Of a DNA stretch of 64,000 nt, positions 14,080 to 28,960 are shown piece after piece (positions within the stretch are counted from its first letter, which is position 1; each line of letters opens with the position of its first letter). The position numbers and the translations under genes were made by a program. Source of the DNA: Octopus sinensis (Eukaryota); NCBI RefSeq assembly GCF_006345805.1, contig NC_042998.1, positions 85,250,001-85,314,000 of the forward strand, written 5' to 3'. Under the pieces are notes generated by a model. That model had not been told where the DNA came from, searched no databases, and saw nothing but the letters and a program-made list of their open reading frames with translations.

Positions 14080-14224
14080 GGTGCAAGTGTGGCCATGTGG
14101 TAAGAAGTTTGCTTCCCAATGACATACCACATGGTTCCAGTTCAGTCTCACTGCATGAACCTGGGCTGACCAAAGCCTTATGAGTAATTTTCATAGACAA
14201 AAACTGAAAGAAGCTCATTGTGTA

Positions 14225-14258
<34 letters not shown>

Positions 14259-14485
14259 TGCATATATACATAATATATATGTATATCTGTGTATTTGCGT
14301 TTGTCCCGTACAACCACCCAACAATCAGTGTTGGTTTGTGTGTGTGTGTGCTCAAAATTTAGTGGTTCTGCAAAAGAGGCCAACAGGATAAGCACCAGAC
14401 TTAAAGAGAATATGTATTAGGGTGAAACCCCTTGGAGGAGATGCCTCAGCATGGCTGCAGTCCAATGACTGAAACAAGTAAAAGA
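14080..14485 (+). mobile_element. Family-A SINE
   Basis: gtggtaagaagtttgcttcccaa..aaactgaaagaagc..cagcatggctgcagtccaatgactgaaacaagtaaaaga. Confidence 0.85.
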
Positions 14486-14663
14486 TTTACATTGGCTGCA
14501 GATGGAAAGTTTACTGGCTTCAGAATAGAAAAATACAAAATCAACATCAGTAGAATTTGAATGCAGAAGTCTGAGACACCAAAGAAATAATAATAAAATA
14601 TCCCATCTGCCATTCTCTAATTCCAATTTGTCTGTCTCTACTAGTGCCATCAGTATTTTTTTT

Positions 14664-14993
14664 ATTCTTTTCTTTTACTTGTTTCAGTCATTTAACTGCA
14701 GCCATGCTGGAGCATGGCTTTTTAGTTGAAGAAATCGACCCCAGAACTTACTCTTTGTAAGTCTGGTACTTATTCTATTGGTCTCTTTGCTGAACTGCTA
14801 AGTTACAGGGATATAAGTACACTAACATCGGTTGTCAAGTGATGGAGGTGGTGGGGATAAACACAGACACAAAGACACATACACATAACAGGCTTATTTC
14901 AGTTTACATCTACCAGATCCACTCACAAAGTCTGGTCAGCCTGAGGCTATAGAAGACACTTGTCCAAGGTGCCATGCACAGCCATGCCTGTGC
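14664..14993 (-). mobile_element. Family-A SINE, reverse orientation
   Basis: tacttgtttcagtcatt..gccatgctggagc..agaagacacttgtccaaggtgcc. Confidence 0.85.
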
Positions 14994-15219
14994 CTAGAAG
15001 AGATTCTTTTTTAAAATTGCTTTTAAGTGCCATCCTTCAATAAAAAAAAAAAAGAAAAAAAAAACTAATATATAAATAAATGTAAGCTTAAGTGAAAACA
15101 GGAAAATGAAGGTAATATTACCATTTTTAATTTGGAAAAGAAAAATAGAAAATAAATACTTTCTTAAATTACAGGGCATCTTAGTTACAAAGCGTTCTCC
15201 ATGAAAAGTGACAAGCATA

Positions 15220-15385
15220 TGGGTGTGGCTGTGTGGTTAAGAAGTTTGCCTCATAATCATGTGGGCTTCAGTTCAATCTCACTGCATAGCACCTTGAGCA
15301 AGTGTCATATACTATAGCTCTGGGATGACCAAACCTTTGTGAATGGATTTGGTATATGTAAACTGAAAGAAGCGTATCATAAATG
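15220..15385 (+). mobile_element. Family-A SINE 5' half
   Basis: gtggctgtgtggttaagaagtttgc..gcaccttgagcaagtgtc..aactgaaagaagc. Confidence 0.75.
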
Positions 15386-16980
15386 CATGCATGTACGTAT
15401 ATGCGTATGCACCTGTGTCTCGAAATTATGTTACAGTTTTAAACAATCACCACTGTCATACAGGTGTTGATGTAAACAGCTGAAAAAATTTTTTACCTGC
15501 TCTTTTGAATTGCTCTTATTATTAGTCACTGTAAAATGTGAAGGTATGTGCCTATCAATTAGGGTGCTAAGTTTGTGGTTATCAGTTTCTAAGACATGGG
15601 GCAGTGGATTGAGTCCTTGAGCAAGGTTCTTCTTTTCACATTGCCTCAGTTTACTTAGCTGAAAATAATCTCCAGCCTAGTGCTGGTGGAGCTCATTTTC
15701 TCCCCTACTGTGAGTCAAGGGTGAGGGAAACAAGATGCTTATATCTACTCACTACTATACAGCCCCACATTACCATCTCAAATGTGGAAAGGACATAAGG
15801 TCATCTTAGATGGCTGGGCACTACATCGGTTATGACAACGAGTGTTCCAAGATTGTTCAATGGAACAGCCTGCTCATGAAAGTAACATGTAGGTGGCTGA
15901 GCACCCACAGACACATGTACCCTTAATATCCTTCTCAGAGAGATTTGACATGAAACAGAATTTGATGAGGCTGGCCATTTGCTAGCTGTATGGTCTGAAG
16001 CAATGGACACAACATGCTGTCCCAAATTTTCTAACCACTAAGTCATGTGCCTTCACTAAAATATAACGAAATAAAAACAACATGGTCACGTCTGGAATGC
16101 CTTTGACCGTACATCTGATGCAGTGTTGATTTAACTCTAAATGACCAACACACCACTCACTGCCAGCCCCACCACCATCACCATTGTTATGTCTGTTTTT
16201 CCTATGCTGATATGAGTTAGATGAGACATGAGATGCCCTTCTGGGTGCTAAACCTAGTTTTCCAAGCCATGTGTTCCACTGGCCTTTTTATCAGCTGCTA
16301 GGACATGTTGGTTATGCAAGACAAAAAATGACACTGCTACTGAAATGGTGTGAACATGAAGACACACAAAACCGAAGACATACACACATGTATACATACA
16401 AATCTACAAGCTTTTTTTTCATTCTGTCTCTGTTTATTTTCTCTTATTCCTTTTTGTTGAAGCATGTAAGCTCGAAATGTAAAGGACTTTTTCATTTTCC
16501 TAAGTGTCAAACTAATGCTTGCTTGTTGTTTATACACCTGTCTTTATCTTTCGTTTTTCTATAAATTTCAACTATATATATATATATATATATATATGAT
16601 ATACATATACATGCATATGCACACATACATGTACACATACATATATATACATACACATATATACATTTACATACAGGCATATATATATATACATGTACAT
16701 ACATATACACATACATGCATATACATACATATCTATACACACACATGTATACATATACACATCCATATATATACATACATACACATATATACATATAAAT
16801 GCACACACATCTATGATGGGCTTCAGTACAGTTTGTCTATCACATTTAGCCACAAGGCACCGAGTAACCTAAATCTATGGTTAAAAAACAAAAAATATAA
16901 CTCAAAGTGTCATGCAGAGGAACTGAACCCAAAACCATATGGTTACAAGGTGAACTGCTTAACCACACAACCAAAATTCA

Positions 16981-17216
16981 GTACAATACCATCAACTATC
17001 GCAACAACTGCAATATGGAAATGTTACAACACCATAGCAACAACTGTGATATGGTAATATAACAACAGTATCATGGCAACAACTGCAATATGGTAATGTA
17101 CCAACAGTATCATAGCAACAACTGCAATACACTATTGCAATGGCAATACTATAGAACAATATTACCATGGTAACAACTGCATTATGGTAATACATCTGCA
17201 GTAGCATGATAACAGT
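16981..17216. repeat. Degenerate 36-39-bp minisatellite, ~5 units
   Basis: gcaacaactgcaatatggtaat..caacagtatcat is repeated. Confidence 0.85.
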
Positions 17217-18499
17217 AACGACGGTGGGGAGGGGAATAAAAAAGCAATACCACAGCAGGAATAGTCATAGTAGGACAGTCCCTTCAAAATCACAACTAGT
17301 TATATTGTAAGGGATCTGGCACACATCAGTCACATATACACACACACGTATGTATACACACACACACACACACACACAGATATATATGTATACACACACA
17401 CACACACACACACGATCATTATCATTTTAAGCCTGCTTTCTGTACAGACGTGTGTTTGATAGGTTGTGACAGCCAAAGTTAATTCTTGTTCAGAGTAACA
17501 GGTAGCAGGATCAAGTCTTGCTTATATTTTCCTTTTTTGAACTTCGTTTACAGCTTGATGCCTTTCCTGTCATCAACCATTTTAAAAAGAGGTTTCCAAG
17601 TCCTCAACAAGACAAGACTAAGGGTCATCTTGACCTTACATCCTCTCGACTTGAATACTAAGCACCACATACAGTGGACTAAGTGCATTTTACTGTGACA
17701 GCAGAACAAGTTTACTTTGTGTGCAGCAAGACAAAGGAGTCCTTACTACTCTACATTTTCTGTTAGTTCAAGGCATTGTGACCAATAGATCGAAGAGAAG
17801 GGAGAACATCTGTACACAATGACCTCTGGTAAAGATGAAGAAGAAATGAGAGTATAATATGGAAACAGAGAGAGAGAGAGAGAAAGAGAGTTGGGGAGGG
17901 GGAGTGATACTGCTAGATAGATTAATGAAAGAGTGGCTGCAATTGCAAGGTATAATGTGAGAGAAAGCAGATAATAGAAAACGGTAAATAATGAAACAAA
18001 TACTAATAGTAGCTGCATGTTTGTTGGTAAGACAGTTTGATGGATGTCAATAACAAGTAAACTGAGCAAGTAGATGTGGTGGCTAGTAGAACAGAAGAAA
18101 GTTTGAATGATGGATAATTGTGGAAATGGGCAATGGTAAAAGAATGATGGATGGCAATGAGATGATATTGGAGAGAGGGAGTAATGGCTAGCATTAGAGA
18201 AGGTTAAATGGTGAAGTGTTGTATTGGATACCAAAACAGTTGATGCAAGCCCTCATTACTCAAATATCATGATGTGAAGAAGAGAGAGAGGTAGAGAAAT
18301 ACAGATGATGGTAGTGGGTGATTGAGAACAGACAGATATGAAATTATATCTTTAATTAATGGGAGTTAATAGTCCAGAGGGGAGTTATAGAGATGAGAGG
18401 ATATTAAAATGCAAGGAGGGTTAGTAGAAGGAGACTTAACAGGCCCAAAATGAGTAAACTGCCCAAATGTAGATATATGTTGGATATCTTAGTTTCTAC

Positions 18500-18995
18500 T
18501 ACAGCCTCCATTTTAATGTACCTTTTGTTACATTTGCACAGATATTTGGGTCTTTTTCAGCCCCACGTATTGTCACTCGTCATACTCCTTATCATGTTTT
18601 CCATGAGTTGCAACATCTTGAGGTCAGTCTTCACCACCTCATCCTATATCCACATATATGTAGGTTTGTATGTGTGTGTGTGTGTGTGTGTGTACATGCA
18701 TGTGTGAGTGTATGAGTAATAATAATATTAATACTGATAATTACGCTCAAGTTTCACCGTTAAAAGTGGCCTCTCTAAATGTGCCTTTAGACATACATTC
18801 ATATCATCATCATCATCATTACCATTATTTAACATCCATGTTGCATGGGTTGGATGATTTGACAAGAATCTGATAAGTCAAAGGACTGCATCATACTCCA
18901 GTATCAACTTGGGAATGGTTTCTGTGGTTGGATGCCCTTCCTAACATTAACCACTTTACAATGTGCACTGGAAACATTTTTTGTGACACTGGTAC
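18500..18995 (-). mobile_element. RTE 3'-end remnant (18500-18650) and family-C tail (18800-18995)
   Basis: Minus strand reads DEVVKTDLKML, typical of RTE C-termini; ggatgcccttcctaac..ccactttaca. Confidence 0.55.
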
Positions 18996-19704
18996 ACATT
19001 GAAGCATGCAAGTCAACAAATACAGGAAGGGGTGATGTTGCAATGAATTAGAATTATCTCCAAGGAAATCGACAATGGTGATGAGGTGTCTACGTGGAAC
19101 CTCAGGTAGCAGAGGTAGTAGCAGGTGGGGGGGTTACAAGATTGTATAGAGGAAAAGATAGGGAAGATGGGAGAGAGAGTTAGGCAATCTATAAAGATTA
19201 GGGAAGCAGACACAACATCTGTAAAGATTGGGGAAGCAGGTGCACAAACTGCAGGGGGAGGGGCTACAGGGACATCAGCAGTAGGGTGGTTATGATACCA
19301 TTGAAAGGGGTGGGGTGGATAGAAGAGACAAGATGTGTTTGGGTAAGCCTGGGGTAGTACTGATACTGTTGACAGAGGGTAGAAGAGAGATGAAGTGTTT
19401 GGGTAGGCTGCAAGAATTGGGTAGAGAGATAAGCTCTGTAGTAAAGAAATTTGCTTTGCAACCATAGGGATGATTTAGTTTCAGTTCCAATGGGTGTCAC
19501 CTGAGGCAATTGTTTTCTACCCAAGCCCTGAGATGACAATGGCCTTGTGAACTGATTTTGTAAATGGTAACTGAAAGAAGCCCATTTACACGTGTGGATG
19601 CAGGCATGACCAAGTAGTTAAGGAGTTTGTTTTGCAATCATAAGGTCCTAAATTCAATCCAAGTCAGTGGTATCTTGGGCAAGTGTCTTTACGATAGCTG
19701 TGAA

Positions 19705-20030
19705 AGTGCATGGCTTAGTGGTTTAGGGTATTAAATTCACAATCATAATGTCAGCAATTCGATTCCTGGGGCACATCATGTCCTTTAGCTATGCACTTTA
19801 TTTTCATGTTGCTCCAGTTCACTCAACTGGCAAAAAGAGCAGTACTTCTATTTCAAAGGAGCCAGCCTCGTCACATTCCGTGTCATACTGAATCTCCCTG
19901 AGAACTATGTGAAGGGTATATGTATCTGTGGAGTGTTCAGCAACCTGCACATTAATTTCACAAACAGGCTATTTTGTTAATTGGACCAGCAGGAAGATGT
20001 GTTGTTGTAGATGACAGAGTACCAGTTTCT
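19705..20030 (+). mobile_element. tRNA-derived SINE with a family-D head and a different 3' body; reverse copy at 15820-16055
   Basis: gcatggcttagtgg (A-box-like), ttcgattcc (B-box-like); body aagggtatatgtatctgtggagtgttcagcaacc matches the reverse of ggctgagcacccacagacacatgtaccctt. Confidence 0.7.
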
Positions 20031-20139
20031 CATCTTTTTTTTTTTAATATAGTCTGAACAAAACTGGGTAGGTGGAAACTATGTGGAAGTCTGTCAGATG
20101 AACTGTAGATAGATAGATAGATAGATAAAGAGAGAAGAT

Positions 20140-20331
20140 ATATAATATATATATATATATTATATATATATATATATATTATATATATATATATGTGTGT
20201 ATGTATATATATATATATATGTATGTATATATATATGTATATATAATATATGTATGTATGTATGTATATATGTATATATATATATATATTATATATGTAT
20301 ATATATATATATGTATATATATATATGTATG

Positions 20332-20379
<48 letters not shown>

Positions 20380-20554
20380 GTATGTTCACAGACCCCAGTA
20401 GAACCGTCCAACCCATGCTAGCATGGAAAACGGACGCTAAACGATGATGATGATGATGATATATATATATGTATGTATATATATATATATGTATGTATAT
20501 GTATGTATATATATATATATGTATGTATATATATATGTATAATGTATGTATATG

Positions 20555-20589
<35 letters not shown>

Positions 20590-20622
20590 GTATATATATG
20601 TATGTATATATATATGTATGTG

Positions 20623-20655
<33 letters not shown>

Positions 20656-20659
20656 GTGT

Positions 20660-20700
<41 letters not shown>

Positions 20701-21378
20701 TTATATGTATGTATATATATATATGTGTATATATATATATATATGTATGTATATATATATATAATATGTATATATATATATGTATGTATATATATTATAT
20801 ATATATATAGTATGTATATATATGTATGTATATATATATATATATATAATATATATATATATGTATAAAGGGCATTATTACACATAAATGCCTCACACTA
20901 GGAGGGACAAAGTCATTACTACCAAAAATTATACTAATCATACCCAAATGCAGTTTTTCAAAGCAAGACATTTAAAAATGAATTATGTCTGTATCACCGT
21001 GATTTCACATACAACTTGCGTTGTATATGTATGTATATATATGTATATATATATGTATATATATATATATATGTATATAATGTATGTATGTATATATATA
21101 TTATATGTATATATATGTATATGTATGTATGTATATATATATATATAATATATATATATATATTGTATATATATATTATATATATATGTATGTATATGTA
21201 TGTATATATATATATATGTATGTATATATATATTATATATGTATGTATATGTATATATATATATGTATGTATATATATATATATATGTATATATATATGT
21301 ATGTATATATATATGTATGTGTATATATATTATATGTATGTATATATATGTATGTATATAATATATATATGTATGTAT

Positions 21379-21411
<33 letters not shown>

Positions 21412-21479
21412 GTATGTATAATATATATATATGTATGTATATATATATATGTATGTGTATATATATATATATTATATAT

Positions 21480-21551
<72 letters not shown>

Positions 21552-21757
21552 TGTATAATGTATGTATATATATGTAGTATATATATATATATAATGTATA
21601 TATATGTATGTATATGTATATATATATTATATATGTATATATATGTATGTATATTATGTATGTATATATATATATATATATATATTATGTATATATATAT
21701 ATGTATATGTATTTATGTCTATGTATATATGTCTATGTATATATGTCTATATATATA

Positions 21758-21799
<42 letters not shown>

Positions 21800-21894
21800 C
21801 ACATATATATATATTATATATATATATATATATAATGTATATATATATATGTCTATATATATATATATACATACATATATATATAATATATATA

Positions 21895-21952
<58 letters not shown>

Positions 21953-21978
21953 GAGAAGAGAGAGAGAGAGAGAGAGTG
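20140..21978. repeat. ~1.8-kb degenerate (TA)n/(TATG)n microsatellite complex ending in (GA)n
   Basis: Seen directly; interrupted by a family-C tail (20391-20460) and a unique island (20866-21022). Confidence 0.98.
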
Positions 21979-22469
21979 AGAGGGACAAAACTAAATACCT
22001 GTAATATAATAAAATTTAAATAATGCCAACTGTAACAGAAATTCTTAGTAACCATCATTACACTTAGTACTGCTGAGAATTTAATAGCACCAGATCCATA
22101 GCCAGACTAAAAACTACCAATTACTATGGTAACATGCAATGTAATGTGTATAATAAATGCACGGCATGTCGTGGCAGTAAACTGTACTGGATGGTGGAGT
22201 GTGTTGTTAGAAAACAGAATATTAAGCAAGCTAGACAGTTATAGACTCTTCAATTATTAATATGTGCAGTGGTTGCTAACTAGTGCAACAGCAGTTGCAA
22301 CTGCTGATCCATGTTAACCTGGATACTGAGCATGTTTGAAAACAGATGAGTTAGCTGACATAACCCTGAAGAAATGAGTAAAAGATAACTATTGATTTTT
22401 GATTGTGTATTTTTCTATTTCTTTGTTTCTTTCTTTCTTCTTTATCAATATTAAGAAATCATTATTGTG

Positions 22470-22945
22470 AGGGAGGTGGATAGGACAGAATTGTTACATC
22501 GTGAGAAAAAAAAAAACTGCTTTGCAGTATCTGTTTTGATTCTTTGTATTTTGAGTTCAAATCCCACCAAATTCAAGTTTGCCTTTCATTTCTCTGGGTT
22601 TGATAAAATAAAATACAAGTCAAGGACTGGAGTTGATGTCATCAACTAAACCCATCCACTCAAAATTGCTGGCCTTAGGCCTGAATTAGAAATCGTAGCA
22701 ACAACAACAATTATTACTGTTGTTGTTGATAAGGTAGCAAGCTAGCAGAATGGTTAGTATGTCAGACAAAATGATTAGAGGCATTTCTTCTGGCCCTTCA
22801 CATTTTGAGTTCAAATTCTGCTGTGGTTAACTTTGCCTTTTATTCTTTCAGGGTCAATAAAATAAATACCAGTCAAGAACTGGGCTTGATGTAATCAACT
22901 TACCCACTCCCTCAAAAACTGCTAACCTTGTGCCAAAATATATGA
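22470..22945 (+). mobile_element. Two family-B SINEs in tandem
   Basis: gagttcaaat plus the ttgcctttcat core occurs twice. Confidence 0.8.
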
Positions 22946-23514
22946 AATGAGAATCAACTCTATATTTTGTTACTAGTGGTAGTAGTAGTTGTTGTTGATA
23001 TTTAACTCCAGGCCAGTCATAACTGAACATGACTAAAGACATTGAAATTGCAATCATTTTTTTTTTTTTAGTCATTATATTTAGTGCTAGATTATGCAAT
23101 ATCTATCTCACACAGAATTATGTGATTTCAGGAAAACTTGACTGCTATTTTCATAAAGACTCAAGAAGACCATTAATGGTACATGTTTTACCAGTCTAGC
23201 AGGGCCTTTCAAAAAAAAAAAAAAACACCTTGGTGACTTGTATTATTAGCAGTTCTTTCTATTGGTCATCATGTAAGAGAGAGAGAGAAATTTCAGAAAA
23301 AAAAAAAAAAACATTTAAAAACAAAATTAGGTTTCTAGTGCAGTTCGAACTTAGAAATAAATACTGCAACACATTTAGTATAACACTCAATTACCCATCC
23401 CCACTATTCTTATAAATGAATGGAAGTATGACAAAGTAATAATGTCATACTTCCATGTCATAGGCTGCAGATATTACTAAACAGCGTGTATACATACATA
23501 CATGTATGTGAGTA

Positions 23515-23546
<32 letters not shown>

Positions 23547-24286
23547 CACACACACACACGCATGTGTGTGTGTGTGCGTATTATTTTTCCCCCATCCAAC
23601 ACTGTCAAATAACCTCATTCTTATTAATAACACTATGCGTTTACACAATGAAGTTATCTTTCTCATCTACTGTAAGGAAGATAAAGGAGGGTGGAATAAT
23701 TATCAAATCAGTAGGATTGTGGGGGTGGTAACCTATCACACAGTCACGCCCCTTTTTATTATTAATAGTCGAATTCTGCCAAGAGGCAAGGCGTATGAAT
23801 TTTGATAATGTCTACTTCTGCATTAACAGGTATTTATTATTTTACAAACGTTAGAGCCATGGAAGTTCTTTAATAGCAGAGGTGACTGTTAATTAATAAC
23901 AATAGAATCAAAGGAAAGGATAAAACACAGCCTTGTAGTGGCCTAAAGGTGTGAAATTGTTGCTGCTGTAGGTGGGCTTTAGAAACTAGCATCTGACTGG
24001 ACCAATAACATGAGATTAGTCATTTGAAAACTTACTTGGTGATGATGACTCACTAACTCAAACTAGAAATGGTTTACTTATTTGTCTCCTACTAACTGAG
24101 TGTGATATTATCAGAAAGGAAGGAGTTTGTCAATCAAACATATATCTTGCTTGTAAATTAAATAAACAAGGATGGTCTGGGGGTAGAAACAGTGGAAAAT
24201 TGCTGTTATTTATTTACATCAGTTCCAAGTTCAAATCTGACAAAGATTGTAGAGCTGGCTTTTACTTCTCCAGGAGTAAATAATAA

Positions 24287-25325
24287 TTCCTGCTAAGGCA
24301 CAAGGGTAGCAATTTTTGAGAGAAAGGGACTAGTTGATTACACTGACCCTTGTCCTGACTGACAATTTTATTGAATCTAAAAGGATGGAAGGTAAAGCTG
24401 ACTTCAGTAGGATTTGAACTTAGGTTGAGCTAGATGAAATACTACCAGGCATTTTCTTTGATGTGCTAATCCACTACCATAACAACAACAACAACAATAA
24501 ACCTTTCTATTATAAACAAAAGGCCTAAAATTTGATGGGAGAGTGCTAGACAATTACAGTCACCCTGGTACTTAGTTCATTGACCCCTAAAGATCGAAAG
24601 GTAAAGTTGACTTCTGTGGAATGTGAATTCAGACTGTAATAAAAGGACCAAATGCTACTAAGCATATTGTCCTGTGTGGTAACAAGACATCCAGGTTGCC
24701 ATAATAATAATAATCCTTTCTACTATAGGCACAAGGCCTAAAATTTGTTGGTGAGGGGGTAAGTCAATTATATCAGCCTAGTACTTGACTGGTACTTAAT
24801 TTATTGATACGGAAAGGCAAAGTTGACATCAGCAGAATTTTAACTGAAAATGTAAAGATGGAGAAAATGTCACTCAGCATTTTGTCTGGCATGCTAATGC
24901 TCCTGTCAGCTTGCTGCCTTAATAATGATAATAATAATCCTTTCTTTTATAGACACAAAGTCTGAAATTTGTAGGGAGAGGACTAGTTGATTACATCGAC
25001 CCCAGTGTTTTGCTGGTACTTTATCGACCTAAAAAGGATGAAAGGCAAAGAAGACATAGGCAGAAATTTAACTCAGAACGCGGAGACAGATGAAATGCCA
25101 CTAAAGCATTTTGACCAGCATGCTAGCGATTCAGCCAGCTCAATAATAATAATAATAATCATATTTTACCCCAGTGACACACTGATAGCATGCACTGCTC
25201 ACTCACACATCAACAACAAAAGCAATTTTTTCTTGTCTTAATACAATTTTGAGGGAAAGAAGATGATTATATGAACCCCAGTGCAACTGGTTCTTAATTT
25301 ATTGACCGTGAAAGGAAGGGAGGCA
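24287..25325 (-). mobile_element. Array of 4-5 family-B SINEs, reverse orientation
   Basis: Repeated aaggcaaagttgac...gaatttgaactc...gcattttg units separated by (AAT)n/(AAC)n. Confidence 0.85.
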
Positions 25326-26754
25326 AATTTTGCTTTTCATTCTTGGAAGGTCAATAAATCAAAGTACCAGTCAAGCACTGGGTTTTGGTGTAATCGAATA
25401 AACCACTCTCACTAAAAGTGCTGCCTTGAGCCCAAATTTAAAACAATTATCCTTATTAAGATTATAGGATGGTGGATGAGCACAAAAAATACCTTGTGGT
25501 ATTTCTTTGCTTTTCTTTTCATCCATGCAGGGTCATCATCATTTAACATCAATGTTCCATGCAAGCATGTTTGATGGTTTAATAAGATTCAAAGGGTTTG
25601 AAAACTGTATTGCACTCCAATGTCTACTTTGACATGGTTTCTACAGCTGGCTGCCCTTCTTGGCACCAACAACTTCACAGTGTGTACTGGATACTCTTTT
25701 TTTGCAAGGCATAGCCATGAGGTTGCCGTGCAACCTGCAAAATTAAGATCTCCTTCAGCTGAGATGAGCTAAAGTGGAGAGGAAAGTGGCTTTATGCAAT
25801 GAGATAAAAAATCAAAGTGAGAGAAAATGGGCCAGAACAGGTTTCTTGCTGTAAGTGATCAAGTACTGGAGTTGATGTTTTCAACTAAACTCCGCCCCCA
25901 AATTTACTGATCTTGTGCCTAAATTAGAAACCCTCAGCATCACCATTATTATTACCGTCATCAGATCTAAAATCATATTTATGACGGAGATATAAAACAG
26001 TTTATATGTAGGATTTTATTTTATTCTAAAGGTTTTTGAATACAAAGCTGAAGTTTGTTTAATGGTGAGGTAATTTGTAATTTCAAGAAGTCAATATCTG
26101 ACATCGGCATTATTTCACAATCAACAAGTTGTCAATTAAAAAAGTCATTTCTATCCACCTTTTATAATAAATAGTGAGCTTGTCTTACTACAGGTCAGTA
26201 CACACGTGTGCAGGACTGTTGCACTCTCACATAATTCTGCTGTCAGTAATTATCATAACAATATAAGACAATTATAGAATATCCAATACCACAGTGCCAC
26301 AGCGGCAATTTGTGATTTTTAAGAATACAACAACAACAATAATAATAATGATAATCCTTTCAATTGAAATGCCATAATATATTTGATGAATCATTTTTCA
26401 GAAAAGAAAATATCTTCATGAAAGCTGTCACTCCACTAAATGACCTTTAAGAATAGAGAAATTCCTCTTGTAAATGAGTAGTTAGAAAAGCTATAAAGAG
26501 TGAAAATCCATTGGGATATGCAAGTATATTAACAATTTTACTTGGTGCAGAGATTCTGAAGTTAAATGTTGGAAGAATACTGCTCGAAGTCCATGATGTG
26601 AAACTCAAAACTAACAGAAATGCTAACAAAGAAACGAGATAAATGAAAATAAACTCTACAACATGGATCATGATTTAAAATGGTCAAGTATATTTCTGAA
26701 TGAAAAAAGGAAGTGGCTTAACTGCATAATCATTGAAATATTTTATAACAGAGA

Positions 26755-26950
26755 AAGCAGTGAGCGGGCAGAATTATTAGCACTCCAGGCAAGAATGCTT
26801 AAAGGTGGTAGTTCTGGCTTTAGGCTCTGAGTTCAAATTCTGCTGAGGTCGACTTTGCCTTTCATCCATTAAGTACTAGTTGAGTGCTGGAGTTGATGAA
26901 ACTGACTATACCCATCCCCCAAATTTCAGACCTTGTAGTAGAAAGAAACA
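26755..26950 (+). mobile_element. Family-B SINE with an internal deletion
   Basis: ctgagttcaaattctgctgaggtcgactttgcctttcatcc. Confidence 0.8.
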
Positions 26951-28732
26951 TTTCATAATAGAAACTACAGGTTTAATATATTGTTTTCAGGCAAGGCTGT
27001 GTAATTCAAAAGTTTACTTCAAAACCATATGGTGTTTGCATCCAGTCTCACTATACAGTACCTTGAGTGTCTTCAACAAAAACTTCAGGTTGCTCAATGT
27101 CTTGTGAATAAATTTTGATAGACAGAAACAGTGTGGCAACCAAGCAATGAACAGGTGAGCATGCATGTGTGTGTGTGTGTGTGTGTGTGTGTATTATCAT
27201 CACTTTGCATCTGCTTTCCATGCTAGCAGGGGTTGGATATTTTGACAAGATCCAATGAGTTAGAGGACCACATCTTTCTCCAGTGTCATAGTTTTGGTAT
27301 AATTTCTATGGCAGGGTGCCCTTCCTAACACGAACCAATTTTCAGATTGTACTGGATGGATTTTTGTGGTATCAGCACATATTAGGTTGCCTAGTAACAC
27401 ACAAGACTGAAGAGCCCCTTTATAACAGAGAAAGCAGTGAGCGCAAAGGGTTGAAAAGTAGAAATACAATTGTATTTCTACTTTAGTGGGGAGAGACTTA
27501 TTGTCTCAACGTTGTTTGTATACTGTATCAATATCACCTTATAAATAGCGTCATTGCTTACACTTGCTAAAAAAAGATGTCTGGTTGCTGGATGGTTTGT
27601 CATTCGAAAAATCAAGAGAAATAGCACCTTACTTGGAAACAAATGAGGATTGGCAGCAGGGAGAACATCAAATTGCAGGAAAACTACTTCAATAAATCTC
27701 ACCTAGCATGGTAAAGAGCAGACAAAGGGCATCCTGTTTGATGTTAGGAAGAGCATCCAACCTTAGAAACCATGCCAAAACTTCTGAAACACTGGAGTAA
27801 GACAGGAGCCTCCAACCCATTGGATCCTATCAAAACATCCAACCTGGAATGCTGACATAAAAATGATGTTGATGGCATTAATGATGATGATGAATATAGA
27901 AAACTCTGATGCCAATAAAGGTGACTGCTACATATACATTGTTTCTTGATAATAGTGTTATCAACACTTTAGAAGAAGCTTAACATTCCAGGATAAGACT
28001 TCTAAAATTCAGCAATAATTTTCTAACTAAATAAGAAAATAGTGCAACTAATGGATTTATTATGAAATTAATTAACAGCTTTCAGACAACACTGATTTTT
28101 GAGACTGAAACAAAGCAGTAATATTTAATGAATAATCTGGCCAACTGAATCAATTCTGGTATTTCACAAGGGAGCCATTACATAAGCACTCAAATTGAAA
28201 TAGCAACCAAACTTTTCTTTAATCACACGCACTCTGGCATTTATAACCCACTTTCCTATCCATTCATAAGCTTTGTTGCACTAAACCTTAAGCCCAGTCC
28301 TTCCTTCTCAGAAGACAATCCCCCTGGAGTTCTGTCCCTGTTCACCCACATCTTTTGTTTAGGTGTTGACCTGCAAAGGTCCAAGAGAAACATTAACGGT
28401 ATCGGTTTCACCTATCTAAGATGATTTGTGAAAGGCATGGCCACTGCCCAAACCCAGGAGGTTATAAAAAAAAAGCAAAAGAAAAACCAAAAACCTAAAA
28501 AACAAACAAACAAGAATGAAGTCCTGAACAGCATGAAAACACAAATCAGGATAGTTACAACTGGCAGAAGGTAACGGCAAACTTCTGCTGACTCTTTCGC
28601 CACAACTTTCTCTCACTCTTTCCTCCTGCATCTAGCAGCTCACCTGCGATGGGCCATCCAGGTGGGGAACCTATACGCCAAGGAAACTGGCCCTATGAGC
28701 CAGGCATGGCTCGAGAAGGAACAAACATTATT

Positions 28733-28960
28733 AAAGTGGCAGAATCATTAGCATGCTGGATGAAATGTTAAGTGGCATTTTGTCTGCTGCTATGTTCTGA
28801 GTTCAAATTCCACCAAGGTCAACTTTGCTTTTCATCCTTTCGGGGGTTGATAAATTAAGTACCAGTGAAACACTGGGGTCACTGTAATCGACTAGTGCCT
28901 TCCTCACAAATTTGAAGCCTTGTGCCTCCAATAGAAAGGACTGTTATAATTACTATTATT
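28733..28960 (+). mobile_element. Family-B SINE, tail-to-tail with the R4/Dong LINE
   Basis: Full head, core and tail match to other copies. Confidence 0.85.

Noticed and set aside
20030-22058. Long YI/VC/HT-rich ORFs (also at 5655-7415, 16507-17057 and 61857-62486)
   Set aside because: These are translations of dinucleotide microsatellites, which lack stop codons by composition.
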